From Actinomycetales bacterium (GTDB taxonomy: Bacteria > Actinomycetota > Actinomycetes > Actinomycetales > CAWJMD01), in the NCBI GenBank assembly GCA_047974565.1, contig JBKECN010000057.1:49560-113559 (forward strand): 64,000 nucleotides of DNA, read 5' to 3'. Numbering within the stretch: position 1 is the stretch's first letter; each line of letters begins with the position of its first letter. Made by a program: the position numbers and the translations under genes. Below the pieces are notes generated by a model. It saw only the letters and a list, made by a program, of their open reading frames with translations. It was not told the DNA's origin and did not search any database. Positions 54,031 to 63,949 of the stretch are shown here, one piece after another.

Positions 54031-56883
54031 TCAGGGAGCCTGCGGGGGCAGGGTGGTGGTGCCTGCCGTGGCCTGTTCGGCCGCCGACGCCTTGGCCGTC
54101 CGCTTCGCGCTGGTCGCCGTCTTGGCTGTGGCCTTCTTCGCCGGCGCCTTCTTGGCGGTGGTCTTCGTCGCCGCAGCCTTCTTAGCCGGCGCCTTCTTGG
54201 CCGTGGTCTTCTTCGCGGTGGTCTTCTTGGCCGTGGTCTTCTTGGCAGCCCGCTTGCGAGTGGAGGGCCCCTTGGCCCGCTTCTCGGCCAGCAACTCGGC
54301 GGCACGCTCCAGGGTGATGGCCTCCACCGAATCGTCGCGACGGAGGGTGGCGTTGGTCTCCCCATCGGTGACGTAGGGGCCGAACCGCCCGTCCTTCACC
54401 ACCACCGGCTTCTCGCTGGCCGGGTCGGTGCCGAGTTCGCGCAGCGGCGGCGCCACCGCCTGCCCACGCCTGGTCTTGGGCTGGGCGTAGATCTTCAGCG
54501 CCTCGTCCAGCGTGATGTCGAAGATCTGATCCTCACTGGTCAAAGAACGAGAGTCCTTGTCCCGCTTGAGATATGGCCCGTACCTGCCGTTCTGCGCGGT
54601 GATCTCCACGCCCGTCTCGGGGTCCAGGCCCACCACCCGCGGCAACGAGAGCAACCGCAACGCCTGCTCATGGGTGACCGTCTCGGGTTGCATGGACTTG
54701 AACAGCGACCCGGTCCGGGGCTTAGCCGACTTGGGGGCGTCCTCCGGTAGAACCTCGGTCACGTACGGCCCATACCGACCGTTCTTCACCACGATCGAGT
54801 AGCCCGTGTCGGGATTCACGCCGAGTTCGCGGTCCCCCTCGGCCTGGGCGTCGAGCAACTCTCGGGCCTTGGCCACGGTGAGTTCGTCAGGGGCCACGTC
54901 GTCGGGTACCGACGCCCGGCGCGGCTCCTGACCGTCCGCCCCCTCGGTCTGCAGGTAGGGCCCGTAGCGGCCAACCCGCAGGGTGATGCCGTCGCCGATG
55001 TCGATGGAGTTCACCGCGCGGGCGTCGATCTCGCCGAGATCCTCCACCAGTGCCTTGAGGCCGTGGCTGGTCTCGGTGCGGTCCAGCGGCACCGTGGGGT
55101 CCCCGAAGTAGAAGTGGGTGAGCCAGTCCACCCGATCCTGGGCGCCGGAGGCGATCCGGTCCAGGTCCTCCTCCATGGACGCGGTGAAGTCGTAGTCGAC
55201 GAGTCCGCCGAAGTTCTCCTCCAGCAGCCGCACCACCGAGAAGGCCAGCCAGCTGGGCACCAGCGCCGAGCCCCGGTGCGCGACATACCCGCGGTCGATG
55301 ATCACCGAGATGGTCGCCGCATAGGTGGACGGTCGCCCGATCCCTTTCTCTTCCAGCGCCTTGACCAGGCTGGCCTCGGTGTAGCGGGGCGGTGGCGAGG
55401 TGACGTGGTCGTCGACGGACAGCTCGAGGGCGTCGAGGCGCTGACCCTCGACGAGGTCCGGCAAGCGCTTGTCCCCGCCCTCGTCGCGGTTACGCTCCTC
55501 GTCCCGGCCCTCCTCGTAGGCGGCCAGGAAGCCGCGGAAGGTGATCACGGTGCCGGACGCGGAGAACTCGGCTCTCCGGCCGTCCGCGGAGGTGGCGGCC
55601 AGCCGCACGGTCGCGGTGGACCCGCGCGCATCGGCCATCTGGGAGGCCACGGTGCGCTGCCAGATCAACTCGTAGAGCCGGAACTCGTCCCCGCGCAGGG
55701 CACCGGCGACCTGGCCAGGGGTGCGGAAGGTGTCGCCGGAGGGACGGATCGCCTCGTGCGCCTCCTGGGCGTTCTTGGACTTGTTCGCGTACACCCGGGG
55801 CTGGGCCGGGACGTGATCGGCTCCGTACATCTGCGCGGCCTGGGCTCGGGCGGCGTTGACCGCCTGCGAGGACAGCGCCGTGGAGTCGGTACGCATGTAC
55901 GTGATGTAGCCGTTCTCGTACAGCGCCTGGGCCACCCGCATGGTCTGACGAGCCGACAACCTCAGCTTGCGCGAGGCCTCCTGCTGCAGGGTGGAGGTGG
56001 TGAACGGTGCCGAGGGGCGGCGGGTGTAGGGCTTGGTCTCCATCGAGGAGACGGTGACCGGAGCCGATTCCAGGCCCGCCGCGAGCGAGCGCACCGCGGT
56101 CTCGTCCAGGGCGACCGCCTTGCCGGTCAGGTTGCCGCGGTCGTCGAAGTCACGGCCGGTGGCCACTCGCTGCCCGTCCAGGCCGACCAGCCGGGCGGTG
56201 AAGGATTGCCGGCGGGCGTCCTGCTGCTCGTCGCGGGTGGCGAAGGTACCCAGGATGTCCCAGTAGTGGGCGGCGCGGAAGGCCATCCGCTCGCGCTCGC
56301 GGGCGACCACCATCCGGGTGGCCACCGACTGCACGCGCCCGGCCGAGAGCCCGGCCCGCACCTTGCGCCAGAGCACCGGGGAGATCTCGTACCCGTAGAG
56401 GCGGTCGAGGATCCGCCGGGTCTCCTGGGCGTCGACGAGACGCTCGTCGATGGAGCGAGTCGCGCCCAACGCACGCTGAATCGCTTCACGGGTGATCTCG
56501 TGGAAGACCATCCGCTTGACCGGCACCGTCGGCTTGAGGGTCTGCAACAAGTGCCAGGCGATGGCCTCGCCCTCGCGGTCCTCATCTGTGGCCAGGTAGA
56601 GCTCGTCCGCATCCTTGAGCAGGCGTTTGAGCTCGGAGACCTTCTTGCGCTTGTCCGGGTCGACGACGTAGTACGGGTCGAAGCCGTTGTCGACGTCGAC
56701 GGCGAACTTGCCGTACGGGCCCTTCTTCATGTCCTCGGGCAACTCGGAGGGGGTGGGCAGGTCCCGAATGTGCCCCACCGACGCCTCCACGTCGTACCCG
56801 GGCCCGAGATATCCGGCGATCGTCTTCGCCTTGGCCGGCGATTCGACGATGACGAGACGTCGCGTCGTGTCCGTGCTTGCCAC
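54031..56883 (-). CDS. topA: DNA topoisomerase I with a Lys/Ala/Thr-rich C-terminal tail
   Basis: The Toprim N-terminus is LVIVESPAKAKTIAGYLG, and the active-site Tyr region is GYITYMRTDS. The tail is (KKTTA/KKAPA) repeats. Confidence 0.95.
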   Translation of the reverse strand: MASTDTTRRLVIVESPAKAKTIAGYLGPGYDVEASVGHIRDLPTPSELPEDMKKGPYGKFAVDVDNGFDPYYVVDPDKRKKVSELKRLLKDADELYLATDEDREGEAIAWHLLQTLKPTVPVKRMVFHEITREAIQRALGATRSIDERLVDAQETRRILDRLYGYEISPVLWRKVRAGLSAGRVQSVATRMVVARERERMAFRAAHYWDILGTFATRDEQQDARRQSFTARLVGLDGQRVATGRDFDDRGNLTGKAVALDETAVRSLAAGLESAPVTVSSMETKPYTRRPSAPFTTSTLQQEASRKLRLSARQTMRVAQALYENGYITYMRTDSTALSSQAVNAARAQAAQMYGADHVPAQPRVYANKSKNAQEAHEAIRPSGDTFRTPGQVAGALRGDEFRLYELIWQRTVASQMADARGSTATVRLAATSADGRRAEFSASGTVITFRGFLAAYEEGRDEERNRDEGGDKRLPDLVEGQRLDALELSVDDHVTSPPPRYTEASLVKALEEKGIGRPSTYAATISVIIDRGYVAHRGSALVPSWLAFSVVRLLEENFGGLVDYDFTASMEEDLDRIASGAQDRVDWLTHFYFGDPTVPLDRTETSHGLKALVEDLGEIDARAVNSIDIGDGITLRVGRYGPYLQTEGADGQEPRRASVPDDVAPDELTVAKARELLDAQAEGDRELGVNPDTGYSIVVKNGRYGPYVTEVLPEDAPKSAKPRTGSLFKSMQPETVTHEQALRLLSLPRVVGLDPETGVEITAQNGRYGPYLKRDKDSRSLTSEDQIFDITLDEALKIYAQPKTRRGQAVAPPLRELGTDPASEKPVVVKDGRFGPYVTDGETNATLRRDDSVEAITLERAAELLAEKRAKGPSTRKRAAKKTTAKKTTAKKTTAKKAPAKKAAATKTTAKKAPAKKATAKTATSAKRTAKASAAEQATAGTTTLPPQAP

Positions 56884-57094
56884 TAGTTCCTCACGCTTCC
56901 ACTTCTGTGTCCCCCGGAGTGTTCACGATGACGCGGATCGCCTGGTGACGACGTCACTTTCGCCGAACCGCTCGCGGGAGCACCGTAACGCTTCTGCTCC
57001 CGTTCGCCATCCGCGGTGGGTCTGATACCTCGCCCCCTCGGCAGAGAAAACCATCCCGGCCGGTGGTCGGGGAACCCTGGATCGCGCAGCCAAC

Positions 57095-58759
57095 CTACCC
57101 GGCGGGGCCGCTGGTGACGGTAGCCCACACGAACCCCTCCAGCACAAGCCGCCGGATGGTGCGAACTGCGCGCGCGGCCAGCGGGTCGATGTCGGTCTCG
57201 AGCAGATCCGCGATGGCGGCGACGATCTGGCCGACCGTGAGGGATCCGTCACAGGCGCCCACCAGGGCGGCCATCGCCGTGTCCAGGTGTAGCCGACGGG
57301 CGTAGCCGTCCGATTGGACCAGCGTGATCCGGGTCGGATCCTCGGCGCCGGGCACGTACGTCCGCTCTTCGCTGACCTCGGGGCGCACACTCAGCCTCAG
57401 CCCGAGCACGTCGCGATCCGCGGCGGGCAGGGTGTCGTGCGCGCCGAGGCAGGCGTCCAGGTGCGGGCCGAGGGGGCCCGTGCCGCGGGCGGCGGCCTCC
57501 TCGAGTCGGCGCAGCGGGCGGGTGCCCGGCCCGGGACGGCGCAGCGTGATCAGGCCCAGGCCGATGGCGTCGACTCCGCGACGAGCGAAGTCGTCCAGCC
57601 AGGCGCGGATGTACGTCTCGGTCTGCGCACGGTCCGCGGCGGCGTCGCGAGCCCACATCGCGGCGTACTCGGCCGGGTCGAGCACCTCGCGTTGGACGAT
57701 CCAGGCGTCGACGGGGACTCCGTCAGGGTCGACGGCCTGGTCCAGCCACTGGGTGGGCCGCCGCCGCCAGTCGGATCCGTGGATCTCCCAGTTGCCCAAG
57801 GCCTGCAGGATGCCGCCGGGCGTCAGGTGCCGGGCCCCCTGCCGCACCACAGTGGCGACGATGTCGTCGCCGGAGCGGCCGCCGTCCCGGTAGGTGTACG
57901 TGGGCAGGCCGGCCGACCGGGGAGTGATGACGAAGGGCGGGTTGGAGACGATGAGATCGAACAGGGCGGCATCACCGGGTTCTCGGGTGCCGGGTTCGCG
58001 GGTGCCGGGTTCGCGGGTGCCGGCACCGGCGTAGTTCACGTCGGCTCCGGTGGAACTCAACGCGCCGCCGGCGAGGGCGTCGAAAAGGTCACCGGATCGC
58101 AGGTCCACCGAGACCTCGCTCAGCGCGAGGCCGAGCCGGGCAAGGTGTAGCGCGCGCTCACTCACGTCACTTCCGACGACGTGCCGGGCGTGTCTGCTCA
58201 GGTGCAGGCTCTGGACACCGCAGCCGATGCCAAGATCGAGGGCCCGCCGCGCCGGGCGGCGAATGGTGGCGTCGGCGAGGGTGAGGCTGGCCTGGCCGAT
58301 GCCGAGCACGTGGTCGGCAGGCAGCGGGCCCGAGACGATGGGTTCGCCGTGGTCGCTGACCACCCACCAGTGCGGCCCGCCCTCCTCGGCGTAAGGACGG
58401 ATCTCGACGCCCGCTCGTAGAAGGCTGTCGTCGCGCCCGGCCAAGAGTCCCGATTCGGCCAAGGCGTGGGTTCCTGTTGAGGGCAGGGCTCGCTCGAGAG
58501 CGGTCGACTCGGCGGGTTCGCCCAGCAGAAAGAAGCGCACCAAGGTCGCCAGGGGTGATCCCGGCTGCCGATCGAGGTGCCAACGCACCGGGATGAGCTG
58601 GTCACGGTGCAGTGCCGCGCTCGCTTGTTCCCCGAGCAGTTCCGCCACACCGTCCACGGTGAAGCCGGCGCGCAGCAGATCCTGGCGCAGGGCTCGGACG
58701 GTCACGGCATCCACAAGCAGGCATCGTAGGTCGCGTCGACGGGGCGACTCGATGGACAC
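57095..58759 (-). CDS. class I SAM-dependent methyltransferase (NPPF-type) with large N- and C-terminal extra domains
   Basis: Motif I is ALDLGIGCGVQS and motif IV is LIVSNPPFV. There is an in-frame (GTREP)x3 insertion between the motifs. Confidence 0.75.
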   Translation of the reverse strand: MSIESPRRRDLRCLLVDAVTVRALRQDLLRAGFTVDGVAELLGEQASAALHRDQLIPVRWHLDRQPGSPLATLVRFFLLGEPAESTALERALPSTGTHALAESGLLAGRDDSLLRAGVEIRPYAEEGGPHWWVVSDHGEPIVSGPLPADHVLGIGQASLTLADATIRRPARRALDLGIGCGVQSLHLSRHARHVVGSDVSERALHLARLGLALSEVSVDLRSGDLFDALAGGALSSTGADVNYAGAGTREPGTREPGTREPGDAALFDLIVSNPPFVITPRSAGLPTYTYRDGGRSGDDIVATVVRQGARHLTPGGILQALGNWEIHGSDWRRRPTQWLDQAVDPDGVPVDAWIVQREVLDPAEYAAMWARDAAADRAQTETYIRAWLDDFARRGVDAIGLGLITLRRPGPGTRPLRRLEEAAARGTGPLGPHLDACLGAHDTLPAADRDVLGLRLSVRPEVSEERTYVPGAEDPTRITLVQSDGYARRLHLDTAMAALVGACDGSLTVGQIVAAIADLLETDIDPLAARAVRTIRRLVLEGFVWATVTSGPAG

Positions 58760-58938
58760 TCCCCGCCCAGGGGATCCGTGGCCGGCTCACCCGGCTGCTT
58801 CCCGATCAGGGCCGGTCACGCTGGCGCACAGTCCGAGCAAGCCGAGCTGACACGAGCGGGGCGTAGATGACAGTTGTCATCACGCATCGGCGACACCGGA
58901 CACTGGGCGCGGCCGGCCAGAACTGGCAAAGTGGCTGG

Positions 58939-59097
58939 GGTGTTTCTCGTAATGCAAGCCCGTCGCGAGCAGGCTCTGGCGGAGTGTGCGGCACGGCGGA
59001 CGAGCGAGGGCGTGGCATAGCCACGTCGAATCGGGGACAACGCCGCCGGACGCCCATCAGGGTCCTGCGCAGCGGGGCGGGGATGACGAGACACGCC
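58939..59097 (+). repeat. TIR element copy B (159 bp)
   Basis: Same orientation as copy A. The ends are GGTGTTTCTCGTAAT ... ATGACGAGACACGCC, and the TIR substitutions are not compensatory. Confidence 0.8.
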
Positions 59098-59127
59098 TAG
59101 GACAACCGAGCAGAACGGGGCCCAAGC

Positions 59128-59781
59128 ATGCACGATCAACGCGCGGACAGCACCTCAGTCCCGTCGGCGACAGACCAACGCCGACGCGGCCTGTCCACGC
59201 TGGGCCACCCTTACGTGACCGGGACGGTGATCGGCGCGATCGGCGCGTCGGTCTTCGTGTTGAGCAATCTGGGTCTCTTGGCCCCGCCTTGGCCCTCGAT
59301 TGCGCTGGGCGGTTACCTGGCCGCCCTCGGCTGGTATCTGTGGACGGTCTTCATGCGACCGAGGGTCTTGCCCGTGCCGCAATTTCGGCGGGGCGCGGGG
59401 TGGATCTATCTCGCCTCGGTGATCGCCATGATCGTGGGCATCCTGCTGGGCAGGACGGGCCTGGAGGGCATCGGACGGCTTGACCTGGCAGCGGCCTTCA
59501 TCGCTGCTCTTGTCGGCCTGCATTTCATTCCGTTCGGGTACGCCTTCCGCGCTCCGGTCTTCTACCTACTCGGATCAAGCCTGGCCGTCCTGGGCGTCGT
59601 CGGAGTGCTCCTGGGGGCTCTGGTCGGCGGCTCCGTCGCCGCCGGCAGCGCCGTACTCTGCGGGATCGTGATGTTGGCCCTGATGGGGTGGGACGCTTGG
59701 CGTCCGGTTGGGGCCGCGCCCACCACGGAAAGGGGTGGGGTTCGAATGGAGAACCATCGGCCGCACGGCCGCCCTGCCTGA
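59128..59781 (+). CDS. hypothetical integral membrane protein
   Basis: 217-aa ORF with about 5 hydrophobic helices. I recognise no motif. Confidence 0.5.
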   Translation: MHDQRADSTSVPSATDQRRRGLSTLGHPYVTGTVIGAIGASVFVLSNLGLLAPPWPSIALGGYLAALGWYLWTVFMRPRVLPVPQFRRGAGWIYLASVIAMIVGILLGRTGLEGIGRLDLAAAFIAALVGLHFIPFGYAFRAPVFYLLGSSLAVLGVVGVLLGALVGGSVAAGSAVLCGIVMLALMGWDAWRPVGAAPTTERGGVRMENHRPHGRPA

Positions 59782-59888
59782 GTCGGTTGTCCCACCGCGC
59801 AATACCTGCCAGACACTGCCAGACAAAGGTGACGGATGCTCGCTGACCCAGGTCCGTGACGGCCAAACCCGTCTACAGCCAACCCCGC

Positions 59889-60500
59889 CTACAGCCAACC
59901 CCGTCGCTCTGCCTTGGCGAAAGCCTCGGCGCGGCTTTGCGCATCGAGCTTGTCCATGGCGTTCGATAGATAATTGCGAACCGTCCCGCGGGACAGGGAG
60001 AGCCGGGTCGCGATGTTCTCGGTACTCAGCCCCTTGCCGACACACCGCAGCACGTCGACCTCGCGGGCGGTCAGCGACGAGTGCCCCATCCGCAATGCCT
60101 CGGCAGCCAGGTCCGGGTCGATTGCGGTGCCGCCGGCCACCACCGCGCGGATCGCGTCCACCAACCGTGCCCCCGTCGTGGACTTCAGGATGTAACCGCT
60201 GGCACCGGCAGCCAGCGCCTTGTGCAGGTGCCCTGGTGCCTCCAAGGCGGTGAGCAGCAGCACCTTGCAACCCGGGACCTGGGCCGCGGCCTCAATGCCG
60301 CTCATGCCGGGCATGTCGACGTCCAGCACGGCAATGTCGGGGCTCAACCGTTCGACGGCCGCGGCCACCTCATCACCCCGGGACACCCGGCCGACAACCT
60401 CGAAACCGGGTTCGGTGCCCAGCAGAGCCTCAAACGCCTCGGCGACCAGATCGGTGTCCTCCGCGATGAGGATGCGCAGCTGAGCGGAATCGTTCATCAC
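59889..60500 (-). CDS. NarL/FixJ (LuxR-type) response regulator
   Basis: The receiver domain is ILIAEDTDLV..VLDVDMPGMSG, and the LuxR HTH is LTAREVDVLRCVGKGLSTENIATRLSLSRGTVRNYL. The start overlaps the kinase stop. Confidence 0.9.
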   Translation of the reverse strand: MMNDSAQLRILIAEDTDLVAEAFEALLGTEPGFEVVGRVSRGDEVAAAVERLSPDIAVLDVDMPGMSGIEAAAQVPGCKVLLLTALEAPGHLHKALAAGASGYILKSTTGARLVDAIRAVVAGGTAIDPDLAAEALRMGHSSLTAREVDVLRCVGKGLSTENIATRLSLSRGTVRNYLSNAMDKLDAQSRAEAFAKAERRGWL

Positions 60501-61645
60501 GCCTGGCTTGCTACCGGCGTGGGGTGAGTAGTCGCCGGCGCATCCTCGCGAGGAAGTCTGGCGACGACCCGAAACTGACCGCCGCCGACGAGCCCGGCCT
60601 GCAGCGAGCCGCCGGTCGCCTCGAGCCGGCGCGCCAGATCCCTCAGGCCGGTTCCGTTCCCAGCCCGAGGGTGTACCTGGGCGCCGTCATTGGAGATGGT
60701 CACGACGGTGTGCGCGGGCTCATCTCGCAGCGAGATGCTCACCTGGACCGGCCGTGAGTGCTTGAGCAGGTTGGTCACGCACTCCCGCACGATGCGGGCA
60801 CCGAGACCGTCGAGGAGTTCCCGCTCTCGGGCGCCGTTATCCACTGTGCACTGCACCCCGAGGCGGGAGAACACTGCGCCCGCCGAGTCGAGTTCGACGG
60901 CCATGCTCACCACGGATTCACCCCGCGTCAGGCCGCGCAGTTGGGCTTGCCCCTCGGCAAGCATCTGAGCCACCTCATCCAACTGCTGTCCACACTTGAC
61001 CGGGTCCCTGTCGAGGAGCCGGATCGCGGTCTGCACCCGCAGCGAGACCGCCACCAAACTGCGCCCCAGGATGTCGTGCAGGTCGCGGGAGATCCGGTGC
61101 CGCTCGTCATCCACCTGCATGCGCGCCAACCGCTCTCGCGCGGTGGCCAACTCACGCAACACCATGCACAGCCGGGTGAGGACGTAGAGCACGCCGCCGC
61201 CCAGCCAGGCCATCGCCAGCGTTATCGCCACAGTGGCCCAATACTCACTCAGCACGCTCACCAACATGACGGTGGGCAGCACACTGATCGCCAGCGCCCA
61301 CTGCCACCGGACCGTCATGAGAGCAAGACCGATCGACACGCAGGTCATGCTCCAGACGTCGCAGAGCAGCAGGCCGATCGGCAGCAGGATGCACAGCCAA
61401 CGCAGCGCGTTGTATGCGGTGCCGCGGTGGCCCGAGATCAACCACTTCTGCACGATCAAGAAACTCACCGACACGATCACCGTGCCGATGACTCCGATCA
61501 CCCGCATGACCAGCGTCAGTGTCTCGTCTATCTGCAGTGACATCGACAGGATCGCCTGCACCGCCAGGACGAGCAGGACGCACCTCGACATGCCCAGGGC
61601 TAGTTGAGACTCACCCCTATGGCGGTGCTCGTACGGCATATCCAT
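60497..61645 (-). CDS. HisKA_3-type sensor histidine kinase (multi-TM sensor)
   Basis: The H-box is RHRISRDLHDILGRSL, and the ATPase part is NLLKHSRP.. and GNGTGLRDL. The start is trimmed to an inferred ATG at 61645 or 61639, placed by residue count and not checked against the DNA. The track ORF extends to 61828. Confidence 0.85.
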   Translation of the reverse strand: MDMPYEHRHRGESQLALGMSRCVLLVLAVQAILSMSLQIDETLTLVMRVIGVIGTVIVSVSFLIVQKWLISGHRGTAYNALRWLCILLPIGLLLCDVWSMTCVSIGLALMTVRWQWALAISVLPTVMLVSVLSEYWATVAITLAMAWLGGGVLYVLTRLCMVLRELATARERLARMQVDDERHRISRDLHDILGRSLVAVSLRVQTAIRLLDRDPVKCGQQLDEVAQMLAEGQAQLRGLTRGESVVSMAVELDSAGAVFSRLGVQCTVDNGARERELLDGLGARIVRECVTNLLKHSRPVQVSISLRDEPAHTVVTISNDGAQVHPRAGNGTGLRDLARRLEATGGSLQAGLVGGGQFRVVARLPREDAPATTHPTPVASQA

Positions 61646-61894
61646 CCCGAGATCAGTGTCCAACCACCCACACCCCGGGGATGCTACCCCAAGGCGATAT
61701 GTCCTAACCCGGGCCAGACTCGCACGAGACTCACGCTCGGTCGGTCGGGCGCTGAAGTCGTCTCTGGTGGCCGGCCTCGCCGTCACCGCAGGACAAGGGG
61801 GTCGCCGTCCGGCCCGGTTCGCAGGCACCCTGTGCCACGGCGATCAGCGGCCGTCAGCGGACTCTGACACACCTCTCCCAGATGCCCATGCGAA

Positions 61895-61927
61895 CCCTCG
61901 GCTCCTGGCCAGGCCAGGAGCCGAGGG
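61895..61927 (-). terminator. perfect 14-bp hairpin downstream of the AGCS transporter gene
   Basis: CCCTCGGCTCCTGG-CCAGG-CCAGGAGCCGAGGG, read directly, about 40 nt after the stop at 61968. On the minus strand it is followed by TTCGCAT. Confidence 0.6.
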
Positions 61928-61967
61928 AGTCGCCTGGCGTGAGCGTGACGTCGAAGGTGCCGACCGA

Positions 61968-63509
61968 TCAGCGGGGCTGCTCCGTCTTGGCGGGGCTGCT
62001 GCCCATGTAGCGGAGTCCGACGCGCTGATCCTTGGGCACCTCGACGATCTCGCCTTCGTGCAGCTGGCGCCAGTACTCGGTGAACTCCCGTCGCACCACC
62101 CCGGCCAGGAAGTACAGGCCCAGGACGTTCGCCAAAGCCAGCAGGAAGAACACCGAGTCGGTGAAGAGCACCACCGGGCCCAGGGCCGAGGCGGCCCCGA
62201 TCACCGTGAAGCACAGGAAGATGCCCTTGTACACGACTTCCGCGGTGCGGTTGTCGCCCAGGAGATAACCGAAACCCTTCATGCCGTAATAGGAGTTGCT
62301 CAGGATCGTTGAGAAGGCGAAGAGCAGGACGGCGACGGTCAGCACATAGGGGAACCAGCCGGCTACCGTCTCGAATGACCTGGAGGTGAGCGTCACCCCG
62401 CTGATCTCCTGGCCGGTGGTGCGCCAGGTGCCGGTGACGACGATGGTGATGGCCGTCATCGAGCACACGATGATCGTGTCCACGAACGGCTCCAGTGAGG
62501 CCACGAAACCCTCGGTCGGCGGACGGTTCGTCTTGACCACCGAGTGCGCGATCGGAGCGTCCCCGATACCGGCGGAGTTCGAGTATGTGGCGCGCTGAAA
62601 GCCGACGATGAGGGACCCGATCACTCCGCCCGCCACGCCTTCCGGAGCAAAGGCTCCGACGAAGATCTCGCGGAAGGCTTCGGGCACCGCCGTGATGTTG
62701 ACGGCGATGACGATCAGGCACCCGGTGATGTAGAGGATCGCCATGAAGGGGACCATCACGCTGGTGACCCGGGCGATCGACCGGATGCCGCCGATGATCA
62801 CCAGCGCCACGATGGCGCCCATGATCACGCCGACCATCCAACGGTTCTCGCCGAGCCACGAGCCTTCCCCGACGACATTGATCACCTGCTGTGTCGACTG
62901 GTTGGACTGGAAGGTGTTGGTGCCTATCGCCGCCACCATCATGAAGGCCGCCCAGGTGGCTGCCAATACGCGTCCCAATCGCGCCTGGCCGATCTCGGCG
63001 AGCCCATCCCGAAGGTAGTACATCGGTCCGCCGGAAATGGTCCCGTCCTCATGTACCTTGCGATACTTCACCGCAAGCATGCACTCGGCCATCTTGGTGG
63101 ACATTCCCAGGAAGCCGGCGATCACCATCCAGAAGGCGGCTCCCGGCCCGCCGATGGAGATGGCCACTGCCACCCCGGCGATGTTTCCCAGACCGACTGT
63201 GCTGGACAGAGCGGTGGCGAGTGCCATGAAGTGGGTGACCTCGCCGGTGGCGTCGGCCGGCGTGTATTTACCGCGCACCAGGTCGAATGCGTGCTTCATC
63301 CCACGCACATTCAAGAACTTCAACCAGATCGTGAAGAAAGCGCCGGCGACCACCAGCCACCCGACGATGAGCGGGACATCGGTCCCGAAGATCGGCACGG
63401 TGACGAAGACGATAGACGAAAGCCACTCGGCGAGCGGCAGGAAGTACCGCTCCAGGGTCTGGTCCACGCTCAACAGAAGAACGAACATGGCCGGTACCAG
63501 CGCGCTCAC
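61968..63509 (-). CDS. alanine/glycine:cation symporter (AGCS family)
   Basis: Contains VTHFMALATALSSTVGLGNIAGVAVAISIGGPGAAFWM. The GTG at 63509 was verified and overlaps the USP TGA (GTGA). ATG 63488 is an alternative. The track ORF is over-extended to 63863. Confidence 0.85.
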   Translation of the reverse strand: MSALVPAMFVLLLSVDQTLERYFLPLAEWLSSIVFVTVPIFGTDVPLIVGWLVVAGAFFTIWLKFLNVRGMKHAFDLVRGKYTPADATGEVTHFMALATALSSTVGLGNIAGVAVAISIGGPGAAFWMVIAGFLGMSTKMAECMLAVKYRKVHEDGTISGGPMYYLRDGLAEIGQARLGRVLAATWAAFMMVAAIGTNTFQSNQSTQQVINVVGEGSWLGENRWMVGVIMGAIVALVIIGGIRSIARVTSVMVPFMAILYITGCLIVIAVNITAVPEAFREIFVGAFAPEGVAGGVIGSLIVGFQRATYSNSAGIGDAPIAHSVVKTNRPPTEGFVASLEPFVDTIIVCSMTAITIVVTGTWRTTGQEISGVTLTSRSFETVAGWFPYVLTVAVLLFAFSTILSNSYYGMKGFGYLLGDNRTAEVVYKGIFLCFTVIGAASALGPVVLFTDSVFFLLALANVLGLYFLAGVVRREFTEYWRQLHEGEIVEVPKDQRVGLRYMGSSPAKTEQPR

Positions 63510-63949
63510 GGGATCACCACCACACCCACCGGGGCGTGCTGCACCAGGCGACTGGCCGTGCTCCCGAAGATCGCGGTGCGCAGGTTCGACTCGCCAGTGC
63601 GGCCTACCACGATGAGGTCGACGTCCTCCTCGCCGGCCAGATCGGCCAGCACCTCCGAGGGCCGGCCGTGGCGAATGCTCGTGGTCACCTCCAGGCCGTC
63701 CAGCAGGTTCTCGGCTTCGGCCCACTCGAGGACCGGATCGAGGACGGTCGCTTGGGCGTGCTTGATCTCGGCCTCTCGCTGCACCGGGCGCTGCTCGTTC
63801 TCCTCCGGCGGGTTGAAGGCGTACGGCGTCCAGTTGATGACGTGTGCGATCGCCACCCGCCACTGGTTCACCTGGGCCCGCTCCAGGGCGAATCTGACGG
63901 CTCTGCGCGAACTCTCGCTGTGGTCGACCCCGACCAATACCGAATCCAT
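63506..63949 (-). CDS. universal stress protein (UspA family)
   Basis: Contains VLVGVDHSESSRRAV, DLIVVGRTG and GSTASRLVQHAPVGVVVIP. Confidence 0.85.
   Translation of the reverse strand: MDSVLVGVDHSESSRRAVRFALERAQVNQWRVAIAHVINWTPYAFNPPEENEQRPVQREAEIKHAQATVLDPVLEWAEAENLLDGLEVTTSIRHGRPSEVLADLAGEEDVDLIVVGRTGESNLRTAIFGSTASRLVQHAPVGVVVIP

Noticed and set aside
54031-54330. The Lys/Ala/Thr-rich repeat tail of TopA (and the DNA periodicity beneath it) as a novel feature
   Set aside because: Basic repetitive C-terminal tails in place of zinc fingers are a known property of actinobacterial topoisomerase I. Nothing here departs from that.
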